64,000 nucleotides of DNA from an uncultured Gammaproteobacteria bacterium (GCA_963976795.1 CAXBLT010000004.1:107939-171938); one strand, 5' to 3'; positions 20,731-31,387 are shown, counted from the first letter of the stretch. The notes: a model not told the origin generated them from the letters alone. Numbers and translations: made by a program.

Positions 20731-21900
20731 TCAATTCGGTTCTGTTTCTTTTGTTGTAAGTTTTTTAGAATTTTTCATATTCCTAAATACAAGAGGTTTT
20801 GCTTCGGTTGTTTGTGTCGACTCTTCTTTCGCTAGTTTAGCTATTCGTTCAACATCATCGATTAACTCCTGATGGTGTGGCGATTTATCACACACTGGAT
20901 CGGTATTTGCTGCATCACCGGTCATCATGAATGCCTGACATCGACACCCCCCAAAATCTTTTTCTTTTTCATCACAGGAGCGGCAAGGTTCTTTCATCCA
21001 TTCGAAACCGCGGAAATGATTAAAACCGGGTGAATCTTTCCATGCTTCTTCAACACTGACATCTTTCACATTAGGAAAATCTATTGGTAATTGTCCTGCT
21101 TCGTGACAGGGCAGAGCAGTACCGTCTGGCGCGATAGTTAAAAAGATTGCTCCCCAGCCATTCATGCAGGGCTTAGGACGGCTTTCAAAATAGTCAGGAA
21201 TAACATAGATGATTCTAGACTTTCCTTTCATTCTCTCCTGATATTCTTTAGCAACGATTTCAGCTTTAGCTAATTGCTCTCGCGTCGGCAGGAGTTGGTC
21301 AACATTGATTCGTGACCAACCATAATACTGTGTGCTGGCTAGTTCAACATAATCTGCCTCTAGCTCAACAGTCATTTCAAGAATATCTCGGATCTGGTCG
21401 ATATTTTTACGATGAATAACAATGTTTAAAACCATTGGATATTCATATGCCTTAACAATACGCGCCATCTCCTTTTTATGTTGAAAGGTTTTGGTGCCGC
21501 CGAGAAAGTTATTTAACTCTTCATCACTAGCTTGAAAGCTAATCTGAATATGATCTAATCCTGCGTCTTTAAAACGTTTAATTCGTGCTTCATCCATACC
21601 AACGCCAGAGGTAATCAGGTTGGTGTAAAAACCAAGGTGTCTTGCTTCTTGAATAAGCTCTTCAAGATCAGGACGTACTAATGGTTCTCCACCAGAAAAA
21701 CCAATTTGAGCAGCACCCATCTTGCGTGCCTGTTGCATAACACGAACCCAGTCTTCGGTAGAGAGTTCATTTTGATATTTGGCTATCTCAAGGGGGTTTG
21801 AACAATATGGGCATTGTAACGGACACCGATAGGTTAGCTCTGCGAGCAACCATAGCGGTGGTTTCACATCATTTTTTGTTTCTAATCCAGCCGGTGTCAT
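20731..21900 (-). CDS. pqqE: PqqA peptide cyclase (radical SAM/SPASM)
   Basis: [38 protein letters not shown]. Confidence 0.96.
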   Translation of the reverse strand: MTPAGLETKNDVKPPLWLLAELTYRCPLQCPYCSNPLEIAKYQNELSTEDWVRVMQQARKMGAAQIGFSGGEPLVRPDLEELIQEARHLGFYTNLITSGVGMDEARIKRFKDAGLDHIQISFQASDEELNNFLGGTKTFQHKKEMARIVKAYEYPMVLNIVIHRKNIDQIRDILEMTVELEADYVELASTQYYGWSRINVDQLLPTREQLAKAEIVAKEYQERMKGKSRIIYVIPDYFESRPKPCMNGWGAIFLTIAPDGTALPCHEAGQLPIDFPNVKDVSVEEAWKDSPGFNHFRGFEWMKEPCRSCDEKEKDFGGCRCQAFMMTGDAANTDPVCDKSPHHQELIDDVERIAKLAKEESTQTTEAKPLVFRNMKNSKKLTTKETEPN

Positions 21901-22144
21901 AGGCGACCTCCAGGAATTTTATGACGTCATCTTCCAGGTTGTTTTCTGAAAATGTGATTTCTAAATCTTTAATTATGGTATCAATGGATTGCTCTCCATC
22001 AACCCTTTTCATGATTTCTCCAGCACTTCCGCTAAGTTTAACCATGCCTTCCGGATAGAGCACAACATAACAATCTTGTACCTCTTCCCATTGGACACGA
22101 AATGTTGGTGCGACTTCTGGTATATCAGCTTTATTTATAGTCAT
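21869..22144 (-). CDS. pqqD: PqqD peptide chaperone
   Basis: RVQWEEVQ...[10 protein letters not shown]-x2-SA; located between pqqC and pqqE. Confidence 0.95.
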   Translation of the reverse strand: MTINKADIPEVAPTFRVQWEEVQDCYVVLYPEGMVKLSGSAGEIMKRVDGEQSIDTIIKDLEITFSENNLEDDVIKFLEVAYDTGWIRNKK

Positions 22145-22154
22145 AGAGATAATC

Positions 22155-22877
22155 TTAACAATTATGAAAGGGAGGTTTTTTTTCTATATAGGCCATCCAC
22201 ATGCAATCAAGCATAGTCCATAGAATATCCAGTTTTAATTGTAAAATATCTAAGGCCCGTTCTTGGTCTTCGCGGGTCTTAAAGTAATCCAGAGTGATTT
22301 GCAAACCATGCTCAACATCACGGCGAGCTTCACTAAGTCGTTTCCTAAAATAGATATAACCGTTTTGGTCGATCCATGGATAAATTTCTGGCCAATTATC
22401 TAATCTTTTTTGATGGATCTTTGGTGCGAATAATTCTGTCAATGAAGAACAAGCCGCTTCTTGCCAAGTGGCTCGCCGAGCAAAGTTTAAATAGGCGTCA
22501 ATTGAAAAACGGACGCCAGGCAGCACATGTTGATAAGATGTTGTTTCTTCTCGACTCAAACCGACTGCTTCAGCCAATTGTAACCAAGCTTCAATACCGC
22601 CATCTTCACCTTCAACGCCATCATGATCAATGATTCGCTGAACCCATTGGCGACGTACATCACGTTCAGGACAATTAGCCATGATAGCAGCATCTTTGAT
22701 GGGAATGGTCGTTTGATAGTAAAAACGATTAGCAACCCAGCCCTGAACGGCTTCTTTATCCAGGCCGCCTTCATTCATCAAATGATGAAATTCGTGATTA
22801 ATATGATAATACTTTTCTTTTGCACGAAGTTGGGCTTCAAATTCATCACGTGACCAAGGTGTTCTTTGTTCTGTCAT
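22155..22877 (-). CDS. pqqC: Pyrroloquinoline-quinone synthase
   Basis: WVANRFYYQ-x2-IP-x-KDAA, RI-x-[13 protein letters not shown]. Confidence 0.96.
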   Translation of the reverse strand: MTEQRTPWSRDEFEAQLRAKEKYYHINHEFHHLMNEGGLDKEAVQGWVANRFYYQTTIPIKDAAIMANCPERDVRRQWVQRIIDHDGVEGEDGGIEAWLQLAEAVGLSREETTSYQHVLPGVRFSIDAYLNFARRATWQEAACSSLTELFAPKIHQKRLDNWPEIYPWIDQNGYIYFRKRLSEARRDVEHGLQITLDYFKTREDQERALDILQLKLDILWTMLDCMWMAYIEKKPPFHNC

Positions 22878-22895
22878 TTATTAGTCCTCCAAGTC

Positions 22896-23810
22896 TTATA
22901 TATGAATATCCATACCATCGAACGAAACTTCTATTCCAGCTTCATTTAATTGTTTTCGTTCAGGTGAATCTTCATCTAATATTGGATTAGTATTATTGAT
23001 ATGAATCAATATCTTGCGAGGTTTTTTGAGACTACTTAGGGTTTCCATGATGCCGCCTTTACTAGATTGATCAAGATGCCCCATTTCACTGGCTAATTTA
23101 TCGCTGATTCCATGTCGTGACATTTCGTCATTGGTCCAGACTGTGCCATCAACCAATACAACATCGGCATTTTTCATATATTCATAGACATGATCTTCTA
23201 TTTCACCTAAGCCAGGGGCATAAAATAGGTTTTTTCCTGTAGCGGTGTCTTCAACCTTATAACCGACGTTATCACCGGGAACGGTGTTATGTCTGTGAGG
23301 AGAATAGGGTGGTGCTTCGCTTTTTAATGGCACCGCCGTAAAAATGAGATTATCTGCTTTTGGTATAGTGAATGATGTCTGTTCAGTACTAACTTCGTGC
23401 CAATTAACACCACGAAAATGTCCTAAGATATTAAATATTGGATAACCTGTTGTCATATCTTCATAAACACTTTCTGTACAATAGACGTCCCAGGGCTTGT
23501 CGTGTTCACGAAGAATAATTAATCCAGTTGAGTGGTCAATTTGACCATCACAGAGAATTATTGAACAAATCCCGGTATCGCGAATTTTTCGAGCTGGTTG
23601 CAGCGGTGGAAAGGATTCGATCTGTGCGCGTATATCGGGAGAAGCATTAAATAATACCCAGTCTTCACCATTTCCACTAATCGTAATAGATGATTGTGTT
23701 CGTGCGGAGCTTTTTATTGTGCCTGATCGTAATCGTTTGCAGTTGTCGCAGTTGCAGTTCCATTGAGGAAAGCCGCCACCAGCGCCAGTGCCTAATAAAT
23801 GTATATGCAT
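22896..23810 (-). CDS. pqqB: PqqB metallo-beta-lactamase-fold protein
   Basis: LG-x2-AGGGFPQWNCNC-x2-C, RTQSS, NASPD, IHINNTNPIL. Confidence 0.96.
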   Translation of the reverse strand: MHIHLLGTGAGGGFPQWNCNCDNCKRLRSGTIKSSARTQSSITISGNGEDWVLFNASPDIRAQIESFPPLQPARKIRDTGICSIILCDGQIDHSTGLIILREHDKPWDVYCTESVYEDMTTGYPIFNILGHFRGVNWHEVSTEQTSFTIPKADNLIFTAVPLKSEAPPYSPHRHNTVPGDNVGYKVEDTATGKNLFYAPGLGEIEDHVYEYMKNADVVLVDGTVWTNDEMSRHGISDKLASEMGHLDQSSKGGIMETLSSLKKPRKILIHINNTNPILDEDSPERKQLNEAGIEVSFDGMDIHI

Positions 23811-23906
23811 AGTTTTAAAGTGATTTTTATTTTATAAAAGTATCGGGATGATAAGCGTGTTGCTTGGTTAGTGCGAGTACTGAAGCCGCGCAAATACAAC
23901 ATAGTA

Positions 23907-23932
23907 AAAGATACTGGTTTGCCAATATCTTT
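23907..23932 (-). terminator. pqqA-pqqB intergenic hairpin (partial terminator or stabiliser)
   Basis: Minus strand AAAGATATTGG-CAAA-CCAGTATCTTT with one G-U pair, followed by T-rich sequence. Confidence 0.55.
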
Positions 23933-23977
23933 AAACACTTAGATAACGAATTTATTTGAAATTAATTTTGAGCAGAC

Positions 23978-24052
23978 TTATTTATTATTAATATACATGG
24001 TAACTTCAAAGCCAAAACGGATATCGTTATATTCGGGTGTAGACCATTTCAT
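23978..24052 (-). CDS. pqqA: PQQ precursor peptide, absent from the ORF track
   Basis: Manually translated MKWSTPEYNDIRFGFEVTMYINNK (24 aa) with E-x3-Y; RBS CAGGAG; upstream of pqqB. Confidence 0.97.
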   Translation of the reverse strand: MKWSTPEYNDIRFGFEVTMYINNK

Positions 24053-24094
24053 TGTAGTTCTCCTGAAGGGTGAAAGTATTAATCCCTTATACAG

Positions 24095-24110
24095 AGCTAT
24101 ATTCGTGCCA
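24095..24110 (-). promoter_or_regulatory. Sigma54 (-24/-12) promoter of pqqA
   Basis: TGGCACGAATATAGCT versus consensus TGGCAC-N5-TTGCW; IHF-like box at 24149-24164. Confidence 0.7.
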
Positions 24111-24315
24111 GTCTATATTAAACGTTGAAATTATATTAAAAAATAATAAAAACAATGAGTTATGTCAATAACTTAAAGTTAATAATAGATTTGTTTAACC
24201 TGTCATTAGGACATCTATGGATGTTATTATTCGTCCATTATGGTTCATATTAACCATATTTTTAAATAAAAATAGTACTCTCAAATCACGGAACAGCTGC
24301 TTATAATGCTTCGCA

Positions 24316-25794
24316 ATGCACGAATCTAACCAAGAACACATCTTGTTTCTCACTGGAAAGCTCGCGCAAAAGCGTCTGCAACGAATCCTCGAGGATATGG
24401 CACCATCTGAATTTACATATGAGATTAGAAATATTGGTGTCAGTGTCGCCGCTTTGATGACAGCGCAGATGCTCACGCGGCGTCTGTCCAATTTGGACGA
24501 CGTAAATCGTATTATAGTGCCTGGTCTATGCCGTGGTGATTTATCTGTTACCGCAGAAACATTGGGAGTTGAGTGTTTGCGAGGGCCAATTGATTTAAAA
24601 GATCTACCAATGTTCTTTGGGCGTGACTGTAAGCCGCTTGATCTCAGCCAGTATAGTGTTGAGATATTTGCTGAGATTGTAGATGCTCCCATGGTTTCGG
24701 TAGAAGAGATTTTGAAACGAGCAGAAAAATATCGGCGGGATGGCGCAAATGTCATCGATATAGGTTGTTTGCCTGATACCCCTTTTCCTCATCTGGAAGA
24801 AACTATACAAGAATTACAGGATGCAGGTTTCAGGGTGAGTGTAGATTCGCTTGAAGAGGACGATTTATTACGCGGTGGTCGGTCAGGAGCCGACTATTTG
24901 CTTAGCCTAAAAGAAAGTACGCTTTGGATAGCTGATGAAGTAGCATCAACCCCCATATTAATACCAGAAACACATGGGGACATGCCTTCTTTATATCGTG
25001 CTATTGAACAATATGCAGAAAAAGATCAACCTTTTTATGCAGATGCGATATTAGATCCTATTCATTTTGGTTTTACTGAATCCATCATTCGCTATCATGA
25101 ATTACGTCAAAATTGTCCAGATATTAAAATCATGATGGGTGTTGGTAATTTAACAGAGTTAACTGAAGCAGACACTACAGGCATAAATGCGATGTTGTTT
25201 GGTTTAATTTCTGAAATGCAGTTGGATGCAGTATTAGCGACAGAGGTTAGCCCACATTGCCGTTCTGCTGTTAGAGAAGCTGATAGAGCGCGTCGTATGA
25301 TGTACGCTGCGAGAAGAGACAGTAGTTTGCCTAAAGGTATAGATAGCTCATTATTAGGCATGCACGCACGCAAGCCTTTTCCGTATAGTGAAGAAGAAAT
25401 TAATGAGATTTCTCAGGAAGTGAAAGACCCTAGCTATAGAATTCAGGTGAGTGAAGCAGGTATACATGTATATAATCGTGACGGTATAAATACAAATGAA
25501 AACCCTTTTGAGTTGTTTCCTAAACTAGACTTATTACAGGATGATGCACCACATTCATTTTACATGGGCGTAGAGCTAGGCAAGGCTCAAGTTGCCTGGC
25601 AACTAGGTAAGAATTACATGCAAGATGAAGAACTTGATTGGGGCGCCTCTGTTGATAAAAAAACAGAAGAACAAAAAAATGATGATTCGCGAGCTGCGCA
25701 CGCAATGAAAAAGTTGTGTAAAGAGACAACAGAATATAAAAAAGCAGGTAGCACATTAAAAGCGAGCCGCATAAAAAAGAAAGAAAAAAAATGA
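24316..25794 (+). CDS. Dihydropteroate synthase-related protein (DUF6513 / pterin-binding / DUF4346; Orf20-type of methanopterin-linked C1 clusters)
   Basis: LFLTGKLA N-terminus, EIFAEIVDAP, IDIGCLP, DPIHFG, GNLTELTEAD, FYMGVEL-x-KA...Y-x-QDE-x-L-x-WG. Confidence 0.8.
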   Translation: MHESNQEHILFLTGKLAQKRLQRILEDMAPSEFTYEIRNIGVSVAALMTAQMLTRRLSNLDDVNRIIVPGLCRGDLSVTAETLGVECLRGPIDLKDLPMFFGRDCKPLDLSQYSVEIFAEIVDAPMVSVEEILKRAEKYRRDGANVIDIGCLPDTPFPHLEETIQELQDAGFRVSVDSLEEDDLLRGGRSGADYLLSLKESTLWIADEVASTPILIPETHGDMPSLYRAIEQYAEKDQPFYADAILDPIHFGFTESIIRYHELRQNCPDIKIMMGVGNLTELTEADTTGINAMLFGLISEMQLDAVLATEVSPHCRSAVREADRARRMMYAARRDSSLPKGIDSSLLGMHARKPFPYSEEEINEISQEVKDPSYRIQVSEAGIHVYNRDGINTNENPFELFPKLDLLQDDAPHSFYMGVELGKAQVAWQLGKNYMQDEELDWGASVDKKTEEQKNDDSRAAHAMKKLCKETTEYKKAGSTLKASRIKKKEKK

Positions 25795-26366
25795 TCCAGG
25801 AAATTATAGTTACGACTACTAATAAAGATGGTTCTACTCATATAGCGCCAATGGGTATTAGAGAAGAATCAGATTTGATAGTCATCGCCCCATTTAAACC
25901 TTCCGCTACTTTGAAAAATATCCAGCGTAATAAAACAGCCGTAGTCAATCGGATTGATGATGTTCGTGTTTTTGCCGGGTGTCTGACTGGCCGAAAAAAT
26001 TGGCCATTAGCTCCAGCTGAGAAAATAAAAGAGCATCGTCTAAAGGGAGCATTGAGCCATCTAGAACTGGGGCTGGAGAAAATTGAAGATGATGAGTTGA
26101 GACCTCGCTTTTATTGTAAGCAGATTGTTGAAATGAATCACAAACCATTTCAAGGTTTTAATCGTGCACAGTTTGCAGTGCTGGAAGCAGCAATATTAGT
26201 TAGTCGACTAGATATGTTGCCGCAAGAAAAAATAGAACAGGAATTGGAATACTTAATGATTGCTATCGATAAGACTGCTGGGGAAGATGAGAAAATCGCC
26301 TGGAGTTGGTTAATGGAAAGAATAGAATCATATAGGCAAGAATCTGCTAAGGAAAAAATAACATGA
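25791..26366 (+). CDS. DUF447 family protein (methanopterin cluster associated)
   Basis: MI-x-E-x-IVTT, HIAPMG, PF-x-PS-x-TL-x-N, GFNRA-x2-AVLEAAILVSRL. Confidence 0.8.
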   Translation: MIQEIIVTTTNKDGSTHIAPMGIREESDLIVIAPFKPSATLKNIQRNKTAVVNRIDDVRVFAGCLTGRKNWPLAPAEKIKEHRLKGALSHLELGLEKIEDDELRPRFYCKQIVEMNHKPFQGFNRAQFAVLEAAILVSRLDMLPQEKIEQELEYLMIAIDKTAGEDEKIAWSWLMERIESYRQESAKEKIT

Positions 26367-27106
26367 CCGGTATGCTTGCAAGTGTGACATCGATAAAAGA
26401 AGCGCAACTTGTCCATAAGAATGGAGTTGATATTATCGACTTGAAAAATCCTGAGCTAGGAGCTTTAGGTGCACTTGATACAAGTGTTGTTTCAAATATT
26501 GTTGACTCAATTTCAGATGTGATTCTTACCAGTGCAACCATCGGAGATATTGAACCTAATGATCCGTTGTTATACGAGCGTATAGTCAGTATGGGGAATA
26601 CTGGTGTTGATTATGTCAAAGTAGGTTTATTTGCTGACTATGCAAATGAGTATTTCATTGAAGTACTAAATCAAGCCGTTAAAAAAAATATAAAGATAAT
26701 AGTTGTTCTATTTGCTGAAGACTATGTTAGCTTAACTTCATTAGAAGATTTGATGACGAGCGATATAAGTGGCGTCATGTTGGATACAAAAAGTAAAACA
26801 GATAAAAATTTACTTTCTTTATTAAACCGCCAAATATTAGATGGGTTTGTTCGGTTAGCAAAATCATACGGCTTATTAACAGGGCTTGCGGGATCTTTGC
26901 AGTATGAAGATATAAGTGCATTGTTAGATATCGACGCTGATTATTTAGGGTTCCGTGGAGCATTATGCGCTGAAAACAATAGAGTGAGATCAATTGAGAT
27001 TAAAAATCTTGTCAAGATAAGAAAAGCAATTCCGCGACAAAGAAACATTGATTATGGTGATGAAGAATATAGAGAAGAGGTGTTAAGCAATGGCACAATG
27101 GCGTAA
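26363..27106 (+). CDS. mfnB: (5-formylfuran-3-yl)methyl phosphate synthase (DUF556)
   Basis: LASV-x4-EA, DIIDLKNP-x2-GALGA, SATIGD, DYVKVG, MLDT-x2-K, GLAGSL, LGFRGALC. Confidence 0.85.
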   Translation: MTGMLASVTSIKEAQLVHKNGVDIIDLKNPELGALGALDTSVVSNIVDSISDVILTSATIGDIEPNDPLLYERIVSMGNTGVDYVKVGLFADYANEYFIEVLNQAVKKNIKIIVVLFAEDYVSLTSLEDLMTSDISGVMLDTKSKTDKNLLSLLNRQILDGFVRLAKSYGLLTGLAGSLQYEDISALLDIDADYLGFRGALCAENNRVRSIEIKNLVKIRKAIPRQRNIDYGDEEYREEVLSNGTMA

Positions 27107-27479
27107 AGCAGGAAAAGATGAAACCTACACCGAAGAAGAAATAGAGGCGCGTTTGAAAGAAGAGCTGCCTGAGTGGCATTTCGAAGGTGGTTGGATACGA
27201 CGAAAATATAAAACTAGTGGTTGGAAATCAACCTTAATGGTTGTGAACACAGTTGGTCATTTAGCAGAAGCTGCCTGGCATCATCCTGATTTAACGGTTT
27301 CTTATGCCTTTGTTACGGTTAAGCTCATGAATCATGCCGCAAAAGGTATAACAGACAAAGATTTTGAATTAGCCTTGAAGATTGAAGAGGTGGTCCAATG
27401 GCAACCTGGCAAAGAAGAGGCTAGCGCTCTTGATGGGACACCTGAGGATCCGAGATTTAAATACATTAAATACGATTGA
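27090..27479 (+). CDS. Pterin-4-alpha-carbinolamine dehydratase
   Basis: AEAAWHHPDL, H-x-A-x-GIT-x-KDFELA. Confidence 0.9.
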   Translation: MAQWRKAGKDETYTEEEIEARLKEELPEWHFEGGWIRRKYKTSGWKSTLMVVNTVGHLAEAAWHHPDLTVSYAFVTVKLMNHAAKGITDKDFELALKIEEVVQWQPGKEEASALDGTPEDPRFKYIKYD

Positions 27480-27507
27480 TGTCCGCCAACTACTAGGACA
27501 TCAATCG
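27473..27507. terminator. 12-bp stem-loop between convergent genes
   Basis: CGATTGATGTCC-N11-GGACATCAATCG overlapping the stop codon; no clear U-tract. Confidence 0.45.
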
Positions 27508-27535
27508 GTAGTAATAGAACAGCGAGTTTAATTTA

Positions 27536-27823
27536 CTACGCTATTTCCCCGCGTTCAAAATTGTATTCTGTGATAGCGCCTACGTTGTTGATCATGAATG
27601 TGCAGTTGCTGTTGAAGGTAGTTGCTGATTTGGTAAATTTTATAGCTTTAGCACCGCCAGTTAAGTCTACTTCGTCTTCTGGCACACCGAAATGTGCGAC
27701 TGCTTTTTCTATGTGCCTGCCAACAAAGTGATCCAATATATTAATAAATTCGACTTCAGTACGAGGATATTTAAGAATACCGTGACTTCTATTAGTACTG
27801 CTATCGGTTTTATATGTGCCCAT
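27536..27823 (-). CDS. Hypothetical protein
   Basis: 95-aa ORF with GGAG RBS filling an intergenic gap; no recognised family. Confidence 0.55.
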   Translation of the reverse strand: MGTYKTDSSTNRSHGILKYPRTEVEFINILDHFVGRHIEKAVAHFGVPEDEVDLTGGAKAIKFTKSATTFNSNCTFMINNVGAITEYNFERGEIA

Positions 27824-28009
27824 TATTTAAAATACTCCATACATATTTCTAACATAAAAAGTGTCAAGTGTTATTACCTGACTTTTGATTCTTTATGAGG
27901 ACACTCTAAAGTGTAGAACATTATTGTGTCTTAAAAAAACTACAATAATTATAGTTACTTACGTTAGTTTTAGTCAACTACATAATATGCAATCAGGCAA
28001 TGTTGATTA

Positions 28010-28483
28010 TTAACGTTTCCAAGTCCCTGATTTACCGCCCGATTTTTTAGTTAATTGGATATCAGTGATAGTCATACCACGATCAACCGCTTTACACATA
28101 TCATAAATGGTCAGCAAGCTAATTTGAACGGCAGTTAACGCTTCCATTTCTACGCCGGTTTTGCCCTCTGTTTCTGCCTGACACACGCAGAGAATTGACG
28201 AGTTTTCTTCATTAACGGTTAAGTCGATATTGATGTGCGTAAGTGAAAGAGGATGACAAAGTGGAATTAGCTCAGAGGTTTTTTTTGCACCCATAATACC
28301 CGCAGTTCTTGCTATACCGAGGACATCCCCTTTTTTATGACCACCTTCTTTGATTAGTGACAATGTTTCTTTATGCATAGAAATGGAACCGCTCGCTACC
28401 GCAATTCGCTGAGTAACGGGTTTTTCTCCAATATCAACCATATGAGCTGCACCCTGATCATTAAAATGCGTTAATTTAGACAT
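28010..28483 (-). CDS. moaC: Cyclic pyranopterin monophosphate synthase
   Basis: LTHF...A-x-[32 protein letters not shown]; ATG at 28483 preferred. Confidence 0.95.
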   Translation of the reverse strand: MSKLTHFNDQGAAHMVDIGEKPVTQRIAVASGSISMHKETLSLIKEGGHKKGDVLGIARTAGIMGAKKTSELIPLCHPLSLTHINIDLTVNEENSSILCVCQAETEGKTGVEMEALTAVQISLLTIYDMCKAVDRGMTITDIQLTKKSGGKSGTWKR

Positions 28484-28546
28484 ATCACTATTATCTCTTT
28501 GGTATAATTGGTTAATACTACTCAAATAAAGACTTTAATCAATAAT

Positions 28547-28783
28547 ATGCAAGTATCTGTTAAATATTTTGCCAGCCTGCGTGAAGTGATAGGCGAGGCC
28601 GATTCGATCTTGGAAATTGAAGAAGGCACTTCGGTAAGTTCTCTTTGGCAGTCTATCATTGGCAGGAAGAGTATCGAGTTCGATAACGTCATGATGGCAG
28701 TAAATATGGAGTATGTGAAACCAGAACACCAACTTAAAACCGGGGACGAGGTGGCTTTTTTTCCACCGGTTACTGGAGGTTGA
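28547..28783 (+). CDS. moaD: Molybdopterin synthase sulfur carrier
   Basis: VKYFASLRE, DEVAFFPPVTGG with C-terminal GG; ATG at 28547 preferred. Confidence 0.95.
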   Translation: MQVSVKYFASLREVIGEADSILEIEEGTSVSSLWQSIIGRKSIEFDNVMMAVNMEYVKPEHQLKTGDEVAFFPPVTGG

Positions 28784-28786
28784 ACT

Positions 28787-29224
28787 ATGTTGATCGAGGT
28801 TCGAAAAAAGCCGTTTCATGCCTATGCGGAAATGCAATATTATTTGGATAGTCTAGATATCGTTGGAAAATATGGGGCAACGGCAAATTTTGTCGGTTCA
28901 ATGCGTGATTTTAACGAAGACAAAAAAGTAACACATATGACGCTAGAGCATTATCCCGGCATGACAGAAAAACATCTGGAAGCGATTGCTAAAGAATCAA
29001 TTGAAAAATGGCAGCTGCTTAATGTATTAATATTGCATCGGGTCGGCAAGGTAAATATAGGCGAAGATATTGTTTTAGTTGCAACATGGTCTGCGCATCG
29101 CAAAGCTGCTTTTGAGAGCTGTCGTGCAATAATGGAACAATTAAAATCCGGAGCGCCATTTTGGAAAAAAGAAGAAACGAGCTCTGGTACAAAATGGGTC
29201 GAAAAGAACACTCCTGGTTATTAA
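28787..29224 (+). CDS. moaE: Molybdopterin synthase catalytic subunit
   Basis: GA-x3-F-x-G-x2-R, LEHYPGMT, HRVG, SAHR-x-AAF, APFWKKE. Confidence 0.95.
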   Translation: MLIEVRKKPFHAYAEMQYYLDSLDIVGKYGATANFVGSMRDFNEDKKVTHMTLEHYPGMTEKHLEAIAKESIEKWQLLNVLILHRVGKVNIGEDIVLVATWSAHRKAAFESCRAIMEQLKSGAPFWKKEETSSGTKWVEKNTPGY

Positions 29225-29230
29225 ACCCAT

Positions 29231-29582
29231 ATGACATTCAATAAACACCCTGATTTTCTAATTATTGGGGCGGGCATTGTCGGGCTTACAATTGCCTTGG
29301 AAATTAAAAGGCAATTTCCAGATGCAACAATTTCTATTATTGAGAAAGTAAATCAACCAGGCATTCATGCTAGTGGTCGAAATAGCGGTGTATTGCATGC
29401 TGGTTTTTATTGCACAGCAGATTCATTTAATAAATATAAAAACCAAACAATTGGAAATGGATTTTAAGTATGAAGGCGATGATAAATCATTTCATGTGCT
29501 GAACGCTGTATCACCTGCATTTACCTGCGCGTTACCATTTAGCAAATTACTGGTGAGTGAAATTAAATTAAAAGTTAATTAA
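29231..29582 (+). pseudogene. Internally deleted L-2-hydroxyglutarate oxidase-like FAD oxidoreductase
   Basis: N-terminal IIGAGIVG...HASGRNSGVLHAGFY joined out of frame to C-terminal LEMDF...HVLNAVSPAFTC; the middle is missing. Confidence 0.8.
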
Positions 29583-30847
29583 ACAAGTCCATGAAACAAT
29601 TGTACGTCAACCAGATCTTCTGGGCTCACGCCATTATTTTCCAATGGTAATATAATAAAACAATTTGCATCAGCCATGGAACGTAGTATTCCTGAGCCTT
29701 GAGCACCTGTCTTACGCACAACCATGCGGCCGTTCTTATCATGTTCAAGTATGCCGCGTTGATATTCAACTCTGCCTGGGCGTTTCTTTAGAGTTGATAC
29801 ACAAGGCACCTTTATCATGACTGGCATGGTTGATCTTTCACCTGCCATTTTTTTCAATGCAGGTTGTACAAATTGGTAAAACGTCACCATGACGGAGACG
29901 GGGTTACCAGGTAACCCAAAAAAATAAGTCGATTCTAGTTTTCCAAAGGTAAGAGGACGGCCGGGTTTCATGGCAACCTTCCAGAAATCTACCTCGCCAT
30001 GTTTTAATAAGGTTTCTTTGACGTAATCGGCTTCTCCAACCGAAACGCCACCCGATGTAATTAAAATGTCAGAATTACCTGTCGCATCTAAAAAGGCTTT
30101 GTCCATTAATTTTTGGTCATCCTTAACAACACCCATATCAATAATATCGACGCCTAATCGTGATAGCATTCCGTATAGAGTGTAGCGATTACTGTCATAG
30201 ATCGCGCCGTTATCCAGTTGCTCACCGACCGAACGTAATTCATCGCCAGTAGAAAAGAATGCGACTCGGAGTTTTCGGTAAACATCTACTTCAGCAAGAC
30301 CCAATGATGCCAATAGCCCAATATCTGCGGGAGTAAGTTTCATTCCTTTTTCGAGAACAAGATCACCAACCCCAAGGTCTTCTCCTGCTTCACGAACGTT
30401 GCTCCCGGGCTTAGTATCAATACCAATGCTAATTTGGTCTCCAGATACTTCAACTAGTTCTTGCATGACAACAGTATCAGAACCATCAGGCAAAATTGCG
30501 CCAGTCATAATCCGGATGCATCCTCCCTTTTTAAGTTTTATCTCAGAGGGTTTGCCAGCAAAGCTTGAGCCTATCATTTTTAGAGTATGTGTTCCTTCGG
30601 TGGGGATGTCTGCCGCATTAATAGCATACCCGTCCATCGCGGAATTACGCCCTGAGGGGACATTAATCTCAGAAGTGATGTTTAGAGCAAGTACACGACC
30701 CAGTGCTTCGCGTATGGGAATAGACTCTGTTTCAGTAGTGGCGGATATGGTGTTAAATATTCTTTTTAATGCTTCATCAGGCAAAATAGAGTTTGGATCG
30801 TAATCGTCCATGCAACTGTAATCTTTGTTGATATTGTTTTCAGACAT
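29579..30847 (-). CDS. moeA: Molybdopterin molybdotransferase
   Basis: NSAMDGYA, RIMTGA, STGDEL, TSGGVSVG, KPGRP, GLPGNPVS. Confidence 0.95.
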   Translation of the reverse strand: MSENNINKDYSCMDDYDPNSILPDEALKRIFNTISATTETESIPIREALGRVLALNITSEINVPSGRNSAMDGYAINAADIPTEGTHTLKMIGSSFAGKPSEIKLKKGGCIRIMTGAILPDGSDTVVMQELVEVSGDQISIGIDTKPGSNVREAGEDLGVGDLVLEKGMKLTPADIGLLASLGLAEVDVYRKLRVAFFSTGDELRSVGEQLDNGAIYDSNRYTLYGMLSRLGVDIIDMGVVKDDQKLMDKAFLDATGNSDILITSGGVSVGEADYVKETLLKHGEVDFWKVAMKPGRPLTFGKLESTYFFGLPGNPVSVMVTFYQFVQPALKKMAGERSTMPVMIKVPCVSTLKKRPGRVEYQRGILEHDKNGRMVVRKTGAQGSGILRSMADANCFIILPLENNGVSPEDLVDVQLFHGLV

Positions 30848-31387
30848 GATGAATTCCGTTAGTTATTAATAGCAGCGTTATGAATTTCACTATCGCAGTA
30901 TGATTATCTAGATCAAGAATAATCAAGTTTAATTTTTCAGTGATTGCAGCATCCGTAGTAAGCGTAATGGCACTCTCACCCGAATTGCAAATCAAAGTCT
31001 GACCCAGATTCGAATGGTATAATTCTATTTTTGGAATTGACTCTGGCTTGAAGCCTTCAACTAAAACAAGGCTTTGCTTAGACTGATCTAAATGGGAAAT
31101 ATGTTCCAGTAATCGCATTGTTTGTTCTGTTTCTTTTTGCTCTATCATCAAGGGACTTCTCTTTTTTGAACCAATTAACATTTGGTCTGAGCCAGTTTTT
31201 TTATTTTATGACTATCTTTGCTGACTTGATCTATCTTAAAGGTATGGTGCGCATGTTTAATAACGCCGACTTCTAAACCATGTTGTTTTAATAAAGGTAT
31301 TAAGTTCACTAATAAGGTCGTTTTCCCCGTTCCACTATATGCGGAAAAACCTAAAATAGGGACATCAGATTTTATTTTCATATTCAA
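30840..31387 (-). pseudogene. mobB: Frameshifted molybdopterin-guanine dinucleotide biosynthesis protein B
   Basis: N-terminal half GFSAYSGTGKTT...IKHAHH and C-terminal half LVLVEGFK...PKIEL lie in different frames; the break is at an A7 run (31196-31202). Confidence 0.8.
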
